NCBI GenBank assembly: GCA_023253875.1
Contig: JALRFC010000001.1
Location: forward strand, 1 to 28,015
Reading direction: 5' to 3'
DNA: 28,015 nt
Source: Candidatus Kapaibacterium sp.
GTDB lineage: Bacteria > Bacteroidota > Ignavibacteria > Kapaibacteriales > UBA961
Positions 18,809 to 27,682 of this stretch are shown piece by piece. The position numbers and the translations under genes were made by a program. The notes beneath the pieces were generated by a model. That model was not told the DNA's origin. It worked only from the letters and a program-made list of their open reading frames with translations, and did no database searches. Position 1 is the stretch's first letter, and every line of letters begins with the position of its first letter.

Positions 18809-19123
18809 TCACCACTTCATGAGATTTACTTCATCCACATATACTGTTTGTCTAGAACGGAATAAAGCTAATACAATTGCCAAGCCAACAGCAGCTTCTG
18901 CGGCGGCAACAGCCATCACAAAAAAGACAAACATTTGACCTGCAGAATCTCCCAAATAAGCTGAAAAGGCAACCAAAGTGAGATTTACAGCATTCAACAT
19001 CATTTCAATGCACATGAAGATGATAATTGCATTTCTTCGTGTTATAACACCGGTGGCACCAATCACAAATATGATGGATGAAAGTGCCAAGTAATATTCT
19101 AAGGGTATGGAAGTAAGATTCAT
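18809..19123 (-). CDS. nuoK: NADH-quinone oxidoreductase subunit K
   Basis: [39 protein letters not shown], and C-terminal ..KW. Confidence 0.97.
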   Translation of the reverse strand: MNLTSIPLEYYLALSSIIFVIGATGVITRRNAIIIFMCIEMMLNAVNLTLVAFSAYLGDSAGQMFVFFVMAVAAAEAAVGLAIVLALFRSRQTVYVDEVNLMKW

Positions 19124-19128
19124 GTCTA

Positions 19129-19641
19129 TTAGTCTTCTATATTTCGTTTTGCCAAAATGATTGATCCCAAAACAGCAGCAAGCAATAACAATGAGATTGC
19201 TTCAAATGGGAAAATATACCCCGAGAATAATACATTCCCGATTTCAGCCGGAGAACCAATTTTTTCTGCAGATGGAGCGATTTCATTGAACCCTGTTGGT
19301 GCACTCAAAAATGCAAGTAACATCTGCATGATGAGCGCTGCCGACATTGCAATAGCCAAAGCTGTTCGCGGATTGAACTTTTCTTGCAAAGCATCTTCTT
19401 TGCCTAAATTGAGAAGCATGATTACGAAAACAACCAATACCATGATTGCTCCTGCATAGACCAAGATTTGCACGGCAGCAATGAATTGTGCTTGTAATGT
19501 GAGATATAATCCCGCAAGCGCAAAGAAATGCATGATGAGTGATACCGCAGCAGAAACCGGATTACGTCTCGTGACAAGTAATATGCCTGTCGCAATTGCA
19601 ACTACTGCCAATAAAGAAAAGAGAACTACTTGAATATTCAC
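19129..19641 (-). CDS. nuoJ: NADH-quinone oxidoreductase subunit J
   Basis: [62 protein letters not shown] start. Confidence 0.96.
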   Translation of the reverse strand: MNIQVVLFSLLAVVAIATGILLVTRRNPVSAAVSLIMHFFALAGLYLTLQAQFIAAVQILVYAGAIMVLVVFVIMLLNLGKEDALQEKFNPRTALAIAMSAALIMQMLLAFLSAPTGFNEIAPSAEKIGSPAEIGNVLFSGYIFPFEAISLLLLAAVLGSIILAKRNIED

Positions 19642-19672
19642 TGTACTCTCATTGAAATAACTGAATCAATCG

Positions 19673-19680
19673 CAAAAATA
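19673..19680 (-). promoter_or_regulatory. TAnnTTTG -7 element upstream of nuoJ
   Basis: TATTTTTG(CG) on the minus strand in the hrcA-nuoJ gap, ~30 nt before the start. Confidence 0.55.
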
Positions 19681-19718
19681 GTAAAATTTCCGCCTTCTCT
19701 CACCGCAAAATACCAAAC

Positions 19719-20774
19719 TCATCGGCTATGAGACAAGACTTGTCCCATATATGTGACCAGTGATACCATTTTGGCATAATTCATCCGTTTTGGACCAATC
19801 AATCCAATGGAACCCTGAGCTCCTTTGATGGAATAGGATCCCATGACCATGCTATATTCCACTAATCGTTCTTCTTTCATTTCATTGCCGATCACAATTT
19901 GAACGGAATCTTCTTGATTTTCCTCTCTTTGATCCAATAAATGAATAATCACATCTTCATTTTCCACCAATTCGATCACGCCTCGCAATTGATTTGGTGA
20001 ATCAAATTCGGGATACTCCAATAAATGTTGCGCTCCGGCAATGTGGACCTTTTCTTCTTTGAGCGCATGTGGATTAAGCAAAGTGTCAACTGAATCTATG
20101 AAGAGTCTAAGAAGCGTATGATGTCCTCTAGCACCTTCCATCATCATTCCAATAAGATGTTCGCGAACATATCGAATGGTCTTTCCACTGATTCTACTAT
20201 TGATGAATTCACTTGTTCCATCAATCGCAGTGGAATCGATGGATAAATCTGTTTCCAATGTGACTGTGCGAACAATATGTGATTCCAATTCCATGGCAAT
20301 CAATAATCGATTCGTGGAAAGTGGCAATAGATGCACTTTCTTGATGATGATATCCAACATCTGAGGCAATTCCACGATTGCAAGACAATGTGAAAGAGCA
20401 CCAAGTATTTTGGATGCATCTTTCAATGCCTGTTCTTGAGTTAATGCAGTGAGTTGTTCCTTTACGACATGCCTCTGTTGTTCAGGTAATGCTTGCACAT
20501 CCATCAATGTATCAACATAACAGCGATAACCTTTATCAGTTGGTACTCTGCCTGCAGAAGTGTGAGGATGACTAATGAAATGCATCTCCTCCAAATCAGC
20601 CATGACATTTCGTATCGTGGCAGGACTCAGAGTAAATTCTTCTGATGTCTTTGAGAGAAATCTTGAACCCACAGGCGTGGCTGTCAAAATATATGACTGA
20701 ACAATGGAGCGAAGTATGGACTTTTCTCTATCATTCAATTCTCTGTCATTTGGATATGTATAATGATCTATCAT
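19719..20774 (-). CDS. hrcA: Heat-inducible transcription repressor HrcA
   Basis: LNDREKSILRSIVQSYI.TATPVGS, SPATIRNVMADLEE, HPHTSAGRVPTDKGYR.YVD, IGLIGPKRMNY. ATG 20774 preferred over GTG 20810. Confidence 0.95.
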   Translation of the reverse strand: MIDHYTYPNDRELNDREKSILRSIVQSYILTATPVGSRFLSKTSEEFTLSPATIRNVMADLEEMHFISHPHTSAGRVPTDKGYRCYVDTLMDVQALPEQQRHVVKEQLTALTQEQALKDASKILGALSHCLAIVELPQMLDIIIKKVHLLPLSTNRLLIAMELESHIVRTVTLETDLSIDSTAIDGTSEFINSRISGKTIRYVREHLIGMMMEGARGHHTLLRLFIDSVDTLLNPHALKEEKVHIAGAQHLLEYPEFDSPNQLRGVIELVENEDVIIHLLDQREENQEDSVQIVIGNEMKEERLVEYSMVMGSYSIKGAQGSIGLIGPKRMNYAKMVSLVTYMGQVLSHSR

Positions 20775-20801
20775 ATCAATCAATTTACGAGTTCTTTCAA
20801 A

Positions 20802-20829
20802 ATTATACACCTTGACCAGATTGTTTCAT
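20802..20829 (-). promoter_or_regulatory. Possible sigma70-type promoter for hrcA (ATGAAA-N16-TATAAT)
   Basis: Perfect TATAAT at 20807-20802 and a 4/6 -35 match. Could be chance in AT-rich DNA. Confidence 0.35.
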
Positions 20830-20847
20830 ACTCATGCACATAGATTG

Positions 20848-20855
20848 TAGATTTG
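20848..20855 (+). promoter_or_regulatory. TAnnTTTG -7 element upstream of the TrmH-family gene
   Basis: TAGATTTG(CA), 29 nt before ATG 20885. Confidence 0.55.
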
Positions 20856-20884
20856 CACTTTGATTTCACAACCGAGTCTCATAC

Positions 20885-21655
20885 ATGGAATATCTTTCCA
20901 AGGCCGAACAGGCACGAATAAGAACTCTTGACAAAAGAAAAGAACGAGAAGAACAAGGCAGATTCATTGCTGAGGGATTGAAAATATGCAAAGAATTGCT
21001 TGGTGCAGATATTCATGTACAATATGTGGTTATATCCGATGATGCCTCCATATCTGCAATGTCACTTGCCCAAGAATATGAACAAGCAGGTATTGAAGTA
21101 TGCAAAGCCGGCACTAATGCATTTTCTAGAATGAGTGATGCAACAAATCCTCAAGATATGTTTGCTGTCGTAGAATTACCGGAAACGCCAATATTAATGC
21201 CACAGACATTCTTGGCATTGGAAGACATCAATGATCCGGGAAATCTAGGAACAATACTACGAACCGCTGATTGGTTCGGCATGAAACATATCGTTCTGGG
21301 TGGTAATTGTACCGATCCCTTTGGTCCAAAAGCCATTCGCGCATCCATGGGTTCAATTTTCAGAGTGAATATTCACCAAAAAACTTCTCTCTCATCATTT
21401 TGCAATGAGTGGAAATCATCATTCCCCAATGGCGAGCTATTTGGTCTTGAGGCAAGTGGTAATACATCCTTACGGGACTTACACACATTACCAATGGAAT
21501 GGGGCTTAATCATGGGAAGTGAATCCCATGGCATTTCACCTCAAACCACTTCATGCATTACACGTCCAATTCGTATTGATGGTGCACATTCAGCAGAATC
21601 ATTGAATGTAGGCATCGCAACAGGAATTGCATTGTATCATTGCATGAATCTCTAA
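20885..21655 (+). CDS. TrmH/SpoU family RNA 2'-O-methyltransferase (SPOUT)
   Basis: FIAEG, LEDINDPGNLGTILRTADWFG, RASMGS, MGSESHGIS, AESLNVGIA. Confidence 0.93.
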   Translation: MEYLSKAEQARIRTLDKRKEREEQGRFIAEGLKICKELLGADIHVQYVVISDDASISAMSLAQEYEQAGIEVCKAGTNAFSRMSDATNPQDMFAVVELPETPILMPQTFLALEDINDPGNLGTILRTADWFGMKHIVLGGNCTDPFGPKAIRASMGSIFRVNIHQKTSLSSFCNEWKSSFPNGELFGLEASGNTSLRDLHTLPMEWGLIMGSESHGISPQTTSCITRPIRIDGAHSAESLNVGIATGIALYHCMNL

Positions 21656-21716
21656 ACAGGGCAATGATTCTCCATGCTGAGCGTCAAGCACATTCCAATT
21701 TTTTGAGTCATACTCT

Positions 21717-22187
21717 ATGTCGGATAAACCGGAACAAAGAAAAACAAAAGTCATTGCCCAAAATCGAAAGGCACGACATGATTTTGAGATAATCTCAACG
21801 CTTGAGGCCGGCATTATACTCACAGGTACAGAAGTGAAATCACTGCGTGCCGGGAAATGCAATTTGCAAGACAGTTATGTACTATTCGAATCAAAGTATG
21901 CACGGGCGCCAAAATTAATGGGAGCTCATATTAGCCCCTATGATCATGGCAATAGAGAAAATCACAATCCGACTAGGGACCGTGTTTTATTATTGCATGA
22001 CAAAGAAAGCACAAAACTCAAACAAGCAATTCAAGAAAAAGGAATGACTGTTATTCCGCTTTCGATGTATTTTTCCGGACCATATGTAAAAGTTGAAATC
22101 GCAATCGTACGTGGCAAAAAACTGCATGACAAAAGAGAGGATCTAAAAAAGAAAGACATTGAGAGAGATATGCGTCGCGGTGAATAA
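21717..22187 (+). CDS. smpB: SsrA-binding protein SmpB
   Basis: IAQNRKARHDF, EAGIILTGTEVKSLR, HISPYDHGN, R.LLLH.KE, RGKKLHDKRE. Confidence 0.98.
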   Translation: MSDKPEQRKTKVIAQNRKARHDFEIISTLEAGIILTGTEVKSLRAGKCNLQDSYVLFESKYARAPKLMGAHISPYDHGNRENHNPTRDRVLLLHDKESTKLKQAIQEKGMTVIPLSMYFSGPYVKVEIAIVRGKKLHDKREDLKKKDIERDMRRGE

Positions 22188-22214
22188 AAAAAACCGTCCA
22201 AAAGGACGGTTTTT
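22187..22214. terminator. Bidirectional terminator between convergent smpB and dnaA
   Basis: AAAAACCGTCC-AAAA-GGACGGTTTTT with A and T runs on both sides. Confidence 0.9.
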
Positions 22215-22240
22215 ATTGAATCAGTAATTCGTTATTCAGC

Positions 22241-23794
22241 TTAGCGATTCAATAGATTACTCTTTAATGTTTCAAGAGCTGTTCTGACTTTGATATCATG
22301 TCCAAGATAATTGTCAATCGTCTGACATGAATGCAAGACCGTGGTATGATCTCTTCCACCAAAATGTGCACCGATGCTTTTTAGAGAAGTTCCAATCAGC
22401 ATCTTGATGAGATACATTGTCATTTGTCTTGCAATCACCACTTCATGCTTGCGAGTTTTTGCAGACAACAATTCAACAGGAATTTGATAATAAGAAGACA
22501 CTTCAACCGCAATGGAATCCATGCTGAGCTGACGAGCTGTTGTACCTGCAATTCCTTGCACTACTTCTTTCGCCAAATCAAGTCCCATCACACGACTATC
22601 AAGCGAAATCTTTGCTATCAATTTAATCAAAGCACCTTCAAGTTCTCTCACATTACCATTGATATTCTTGGCAATGTATTCAGCCACTTCATGTTGCAAT
22701 TCAAAGCCTTCATCTTGAGACTTCTTCTGCAAAATAGCCATACGCATTTCAAAATCAGGAAGTTGAATATCTGCAGACAATCCCCATTGGAATCGAGAAA
22801 TCAATCGAGCATCAATATCCAATAATTCCTTCGGTGGCTTATCACTCGTAAGAACTACTTGTTTACCTGATAAGTGCAATGCATTGAAAGTATGGAAGAA
22901 ATGATCCTGTGTTTTTTCTTTCCCACCAAGGAATTGAATATCATCAACGATCAATACATCAACACTGCGATAAAAATTTGTGAATTCATTCAGTTTATTA
23001 TTCTGAATTGCATTGACATATTCAAAAGTGAAGCGCTCACTATTCGTGTAGAGCACTCTGGCACCAGGCTTCTGTGCAACGATAAAATTCCCAATTGCTT
23101 GCGCAAGATGTGTCTTGCCCAAACCTGTTCCACCATAAATGAACAATGGATTGAAATTCGTTTTGCCCGGTCTTTCAGCCACTGCAAATGCTGCAGAAGC
23201 AGCAAGTTGATTACTGTCACCACGAACAAAATTATCAAAGACATATCGTTGATTGAGTGCAGAAAGAAATTCAAAATCAGGTTCTGCTTGTTTACTCTGT
23301 CCTGCAAAATGTAATACGGATTGATTACCGGTGGCAGGAGTATTTCTCAAAGCAGGAATGCGAATGGTTCTATCTTCTAGCGAAGTCTCACCTTTGCTCA
23401 CAACTACCTCATAGCGCAATGAAGCATCCTCTCCGGCAACTTGGCTGAGAGTCTTGCGCAAAAGGTCGCGATAATGCTCCTCAATCCATTCGACAAAGAA
23501 TTGACTTGGGACTTCAATCGTGAGGGTTTGCTCTTCCCATGATAGAGGTTTAATGAGCTCAAACCATGTCTTCCACATCTGAGAAGAAACATTGTCGCGA
23601 ATTAATCTCGACATACCTTCCCAGAATTCTATGGCTTGAGGACTCAATGGCCTTGAAGATTGGCCAATATCACCAATGAGATTATGTGAATTACCGACTG
23701 TGTTTTTCTTAACAATATCGGGGCGGGTTTCCTTGTTACCCGGAAACAAATCAATTGTGTCGCGTTTTCTAGCCAATTGGATACTCCTTTCCAT
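22241..23794 (-). CDS. dnaA: Chromosomal replication initiator DnaA
   Basis: Y.FDNFV.G.SN, NPLFIYGGTGLGKTHL, LIVDDIQF, RL.SRF.WGL, GNVRELEGAL, GGRDHTTV. Start uncertain (TTG 23815, ATG 23794, or TTG 23647). Confidence 0.98.
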   Translation of the reverse strand: MERSIQLARKRDTIDLFPGNKETRPDIVKKNTVGNSHNLIGDIGQSSRPLSPQAIEFWEGMSRLIRDNVSSQMWKTWFELIKPLSWEEQTLTIEVPSQFFVEWIEEHYRDLLRKTLSQVAGEDASLRYEVVVSKGETSLEDRTIRIPALRNTPATGNQSVLHFAGQSKQAEPDFEFLSALNQRYVFDNFVRGDSNQLAASAAFAVAERPGKTNFNPLFIYGGTGLGKTHLAQAIGNFIVAQKPGARVLYTNSERFTFEYVNAIQNNKLNEFTNFYRSVDVLIVDDIQFLGGKEKTQDHFFHTFNALHLSGKQVVLTSDKPPKELLDIDARLISRFQWGLSADIQLPDFEMRMAILQKKSQDEGFELQHEVAEYIAKNINGNVRELEGALIKLIAKISLDSRVMGLDLAKEVVQGIAGTTARQLSMDSIAVEVSSYYQIPVELLSAKTRKHEVVIARQMTMYLIKMLIGTSLKSIGAHFGGRDHTTVLHSCQTIDNYLGHDIKVRTALETLKSNLLNR

Positions 23795-23815
23795 AGCTGT
23801 GACGACCCACGGCAA

Positions 23816-24341
23816 AAGCCATGAGAGAATGCCCCATGATTATCACCATGGGTAGATTGAGCTCGGTATAAAAAACAGACAGATGCGGATAATCCTAGCG
23901 GGATGGAGTTAATCCGGGGGAATCATACTGAATGTCCTGCAAAACCGGGGTGCAAAAATGGAAAATTTTTCCACATGAATGCAACTAGAAAATTTTCTTT
24001 TTGAAAAAAAAATGTCTTGCTTTTTCAGCATTTGACAAAAGAGGTAGTATTCATCAAATATGCATGGCAAAAGCACCCCGCAAAGTGCATAGATTCGATG
24101 TGAATAAGTCTAAATCTTTGGTATTATCAGGGATTTAGGAGATTTTCCACAATCGAGCGATTGAAGCAATTGTATTGATGATGAAACAATCGCCTTTGAT
24201 TGTGCATTTATGGCTTCGTTGGTCAGCGATGCTTATTGTCGTATTTTTGTCCTGAATTGATATTTCCTTTCAATTCGCTGACATTTTCTTCTTCACCCTT
24301 TCTCATGAATTTCATGCGAATGAGATTCACCGGATTGAAAC
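23816..24341. other. Candidate oriC / dnaA regulatory region
   Basis: ~525-bp non-coding region. Three perfect TTWTNCACA boxes (23967-23975 +, 24099-24107 -, 24143-24151 +), one 1-mismatch box (23884-23892 -), and an AT-rich tract at ~23983-24040. Confidence 0.65.
24219..24249 (+). promoter_or_regulatory. Bacteroidota-type promoter for tatC (TTG-N20-TATTTTTG)
   Basis: TATTTTTG at 24242-24249 with TTG at 24219-24221. Confidence 0.5.
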
Positions 24342-25097
24342 ATGGCCAAGCAATCTGCCGGTGAGCAGTTTGAAATGAGTTTCTTTGATCATCTCGAAGA
24401 ATTGAGACTTAGGATAAGTCTTGCAATTCTTGGTATTGTCATTGGATGTATCATTTCAGGGGCATTTGTTGATGAACTCATGAATTGGGTTTTGCTCAAG
24501 CCGGCTGCCTCTGTGAATCTGGAATTGCAGAATCTTCGTCCTTTCGGTCAGGCATTTCTCTATTTCAAAGTAATCATTATGGCGGGATTGATTATTTCCA
24601 TGCCATATACATTATATCAACTGTGGAAATTTATTGCTCCCGGACTCTATGAAAAAGAACGTCGTTGGGCGGGCAAGATTACCTTTTATACTTCTTTTTG
24701 CTTTTTGGCAGGTGTTGCATTTGCCTATTGGATCATGATACCCGTGATGCTCTCATTTACGGCTTCTTTTGGTTCAACACTTATCAAAAATAGCATTGAT
24801 GTCACCGAATATTTTAGTTTTATCACTACAACGCTCTTGAGTGCCGGATTGATTTTTGAATTGCCGATGATTGCCTATATCCTTGCAAAAATCGGTATCA
24901 TCAGTCCGGAAATGCTCAGAAAATATCGCAGACATTCGATAGTGGTCATTCTTGTCTTGGCTGCGGCATTGACTCCAAGTACAGATCCGGTTAGCCAACT
25001 TGTTTTTGCAGCTCCTCTTTGGGTTCTTTATGAAATCAGTATTCTCGTAACGGTTTTTGCCCGTAAAAAGGAAGAATCGGTCACTTCAATTGAGTAA
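24342..25097 (+). CDS. tatC: Twin-arginine translocase subunit TatC
   Basis: MSFFDHLEELRLRI, YQLWKFIAPGLYEKE, FELP, RRHSIV, LTPSTDPVSQ, P.WVLYEISI. Confidence 0.97.
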   Translation: MAKQSAGEQFEMSFFDHLEELRLRISLAILGIVIGCIISGAFVDELMNWVLLKPAASVNLELQNLRPFGQAFLYFKVIIMAGLIISMPYTLYQLWKFIAPGLYEKERRWAGKITFYTSFCFLAGVAFAYWIMIPVMLSFTASFGSTLIKNSIDVTEYFSFITTTLLSAGLIFELPMIAYILAKIGIISPEMLRKYRRHSIVVILVLAAALTPSTDPVSQLVFAAPLWVLYEISILVTVFARKKEESVTSIE

Positions 25098-25102
25098 CAC
25101 TC

Positions 25103-26077
25103 ATGTCTATAGCCACTATCAGCAGCGTCGTCAAACAACAACTTGAAGCATTTCATCCGTATTTCAGAAAGCAAATGCAAACGGATGTTCCTCTGCTGAA
25201 TCTTGTCATTCGATATATTTTACGTCAAAGAGGCAAGCGCGTTCGCCCCACTTTAGTATTTCTTAGTGCTGAATTATGTGGTGGTACAACAAATAGAACA
25301 TTCATCGGTGCATCAATGGTTGAATTATTGCATACAGCCACTTTGGTACATGATGATGTAGTTGATGATGCGGGCGAAAGACGAGGCATGCCTTCCATCA
25401 ATGCATTGTGGAAGAATAAAGCATCTGTACTGGTTGGTGATTATTTGCTTTCTCGTGGACTTCATATCGCAGTGGACAATGATGAATTTGCTTTTTTGAA
25501 AGCAACCAGCAAAGCTGTTCAGAGAATGAGTGAGGGCGAATTATTGCAAATGCAGAAGAGTCGACAATTGAATATTGATGAAGAAACGTATTTCAAGATC
25601 ATTGGCGATAAAACTGCTTCACTTATCAGTACATGCTGTGAAATTGGTGCACGAAGCGCAACGCATGATATACAGTGCATTGATAATATCTCTCGATTTG
25701 GCGAATTGGTGGGACTTGCCTTTCAGATTCGTGATGACTTGCTCGATTATGTCAGTCGAACAAATCTGATCGGCAAACCATATGCAAATGATTTAAAGGA
25801 AAAGAAAATCACATTGCCACTGATTCATGCTTTAAGAACTGCTCCCAAAAGTGAAGCAAAGAGCATACTTGGAATGATCAAGAAGGGAAATCTTCAAACT
25901 TCAGACATTGCATGTATCATGAACTTCGTGAAACAATATGGAGGAATTGACTATGCACAGAATACTTCAGAAGCATTGATTAAAGAAGCCATTCAATTGC
26001 TTGATATTTTTCCTGATTCTGTTTATAAATCCTCATTGAAGGATTTTGCTCACTTCGTCATACAAAGAGCTTCTTAA
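25103..26077 (+). CDS. ispB: Long-chain trans-polyprenyl diphosphate synthase (IspB/HepT-like)
   Basis: GKRVRP, ELLHTATLVHDDVVD with small Ala five residues before the first DDxxD (long-chain signature), RRG, VLVGDYL, GELLQ, KTA, FQIRDDLLD. Confidence 0.88.
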   Translation: MSIATISSVVKQQLEAFHPYFRKQMQTDVPLLNLVIRYILRQRGKRVRPTLVFLSAELCGGTTNRTFIGASMVELLHTATLVHDDVVDDAGERRGMPSINALWKNKASVLVGDYLLSRGLHIAVDNDEFAFLKATSKAVQRMSEGELLQMQKSRQLNIDEETYFKIIGDKTASLISTCCEIGARSATHDIQCIDNISRFGELVGLAFQIRDDLLDYVSRTNLIGKPYANDLKEKKITLPLIHALRTAPKSEAKSILGMIKKGNLQTSDIACIMNFVKQYGGIDYAQNTSEALIKEAIQLLDIFPDSVYKSSLKDFAHFVIQRAS

Positions 26078-26083
26078 TTTCTA

Positions 26084-27682
26084 TTATGGAAGTGCATTCA
26101 CATCTATCAATAGATGCTTGTCTCTTGGTGCATCTTTGATTATGTTGAGAATATCCCTGAACTTATCCTTCCCTATTTTTGCTTCAATTGAAACACTGCT
26201 TAACACTCTTTCTTGGAGTTGATTGTGAGGGTAAATCCAAGCATGCGTTTCAGAAGCTTTACCAAAAAGCATGTCTTGTTTTTTCTTAATGGCCGAGATT
26301 ATCTTTTTTTCCATTCCATCAATCAATTTCTCAATGCCATGTTCTGTTGCTGAGACCATCCCAAGCAATGAGGAATCTATTGACTTCGCATGATTAGATA
26401 TTGCAGTGAGTTCTTCATGTATCATTAATCTCAATTTCCCAATCATTGCATCTGATTCGGCATCATGTGCAAATCGAAGTGATAAATCTCGTTCTATTTC
26501 ATTCATGATGCGCATGAAAAAGTGCGCCTCCAATTCATGTTTCGAGAGATACTTCGCAATGGATGGAATGAGGATGGTTGCCGAATGTCTGCCATGTAAC
26601 TGGGGCATAGGTATCATCAAAGAAGAATATGCTTGTTCCAATTGTGACATATATCCATATTCACCAGGACCAATGATCATACCAATCGTTGGAATGATTG
26701 AATCTTGAATGAGAGGTCTAAGTAATACAGATGGCGAGAATTGTTCTGGATGAGCAAGAATCAAATCAATGCATTCATCTTTGGTGACAGAATCAGAAGC
26801 AAGAAGAACATTCCCATTTTCATCAATATCAATTTTATGTCTTCCATGCTGATTATGATAAAATGCATTGATGACTCCAGCTTCCGCCTGAATCTTCATG
26901 CCCCTTGCAATCAATATTGCATTCTTTTCAAGAACCAATTGTTGTAATTCACCTGCATGTGAAATCTCATGTAATATCCTTTCTTTGAAGCACCCTTCCT
27001 TTCGTGCAATTGAAGACGAAAAAAAGAGCAGTCCAAATTCGCCACAATGCTCTTGCATATACTCGAGAAATGATTCCGACCAATTCTTTCCCGGAGTATA
27101 TACTTCCTGAATCTGATGAAGAATTGCCTGACCATATTCTGAATTCGGAAGCTGTTCCGAAATAGTCTCCATTACTGACAAAACATGGTCTGAAAATATT
27201 CTCTCATGTATCGGAATTGGAGATTGAAGCTCATGCATATTATCGCAATGCAATGTATGCATGCTTCCCGATTGATCAATAATTGATGCTATTCCAGCTT
27301 CCATTCCATCATGATCATTATCCTCAATCCAAAAAATCGGGACAATCGGAACCTTATCTGTGGAGTGTTGTTCAGCAAGCGCAATGCAGGACATCGCTTT
27401 ATACAGAGAATATAATGGTCCTCCCAAAAAGCCGGGTTGTTGTCCCGTGATCATCGCAATTGCTTTTCCATTCAGGAGTGCATCTAATCCATTCTTCTGC
27501 TTCTCACTCAATGGAAGATTCTGCATCGTTTGCGCTATGATTGATCCGGCTATCGGACCCAATCGTTCGGCTCGCATTGCTGTTTGAGCATCAATATGAA
27601 TATCGACTTCAGATTGTGTGCTTTCGATAAAAAATGGGTGAAATCCGGGGATGGATTCTAAGTGCATTGTAGTCATCATCAC
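26084..27682 (-). CDS. bshC: Bacillithiol biosynthesis cysteine-adding enzyme BshC
   Basis: TGQQPGFLGGPLYSLYKA, PIFWIEDNDHD, FSPSVLLRPLIQD, GPGEYGY..QL, QERV. 532 aa. The start could also be ATG 27679, 27676 or 27667. Confidence 0.88.
   Translation of the reverse strand: MMMTTMHLESIPGFHPFFIESTQSEVDIHIDAQTAMRAERLGPIAGSIIAQTMQNLPLSEKQKNGLDALLNGKAIAMITGQQPGFLGGPLYSLYKAMSCIALAEQHSTDKVPIVPIFWIEDNDHDGMEAGIASIIDQSGSMHTLHCDNMHELQSPIPIHERIFSDHVLSVMETISEQLPNSEYGQAILHQIQEVYTPGKNWSESFLEYMQEHCGEFGLLFFSSSIARKEGCFKERILHEISHAGELQQLVLEKNAILIARGMKIQAEAGVINAFYHNQHGRHKIDIDENGNVLLASDSVTKDECIDLILAHPEQFSPSVLLRPLIQDSIIPTIGMIIGPGEYGYMSQLEQAYSSLMIPMPQLHGRHSATILIPSIAKYLSKHELEAHFFMRIMNEIERDLSLRFAHDAESDAMIGKLRLMIHEELTAISNHAKSIDSSLLGMVSATEHGIEKLIDGMEKKIISAIKKKQDMLFGKASETHAWIYPHNQLQERVLSSVSIEAKIGKDKFRDILNIIKDAPRDKHLLIDVNALP

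Noticed and set aside
23967-24151. DnaA-trio unwinding motif next to the DnaA boxes
   Set aside because: No clear trinucleotide repeat was found adjacent to any box on either strand.
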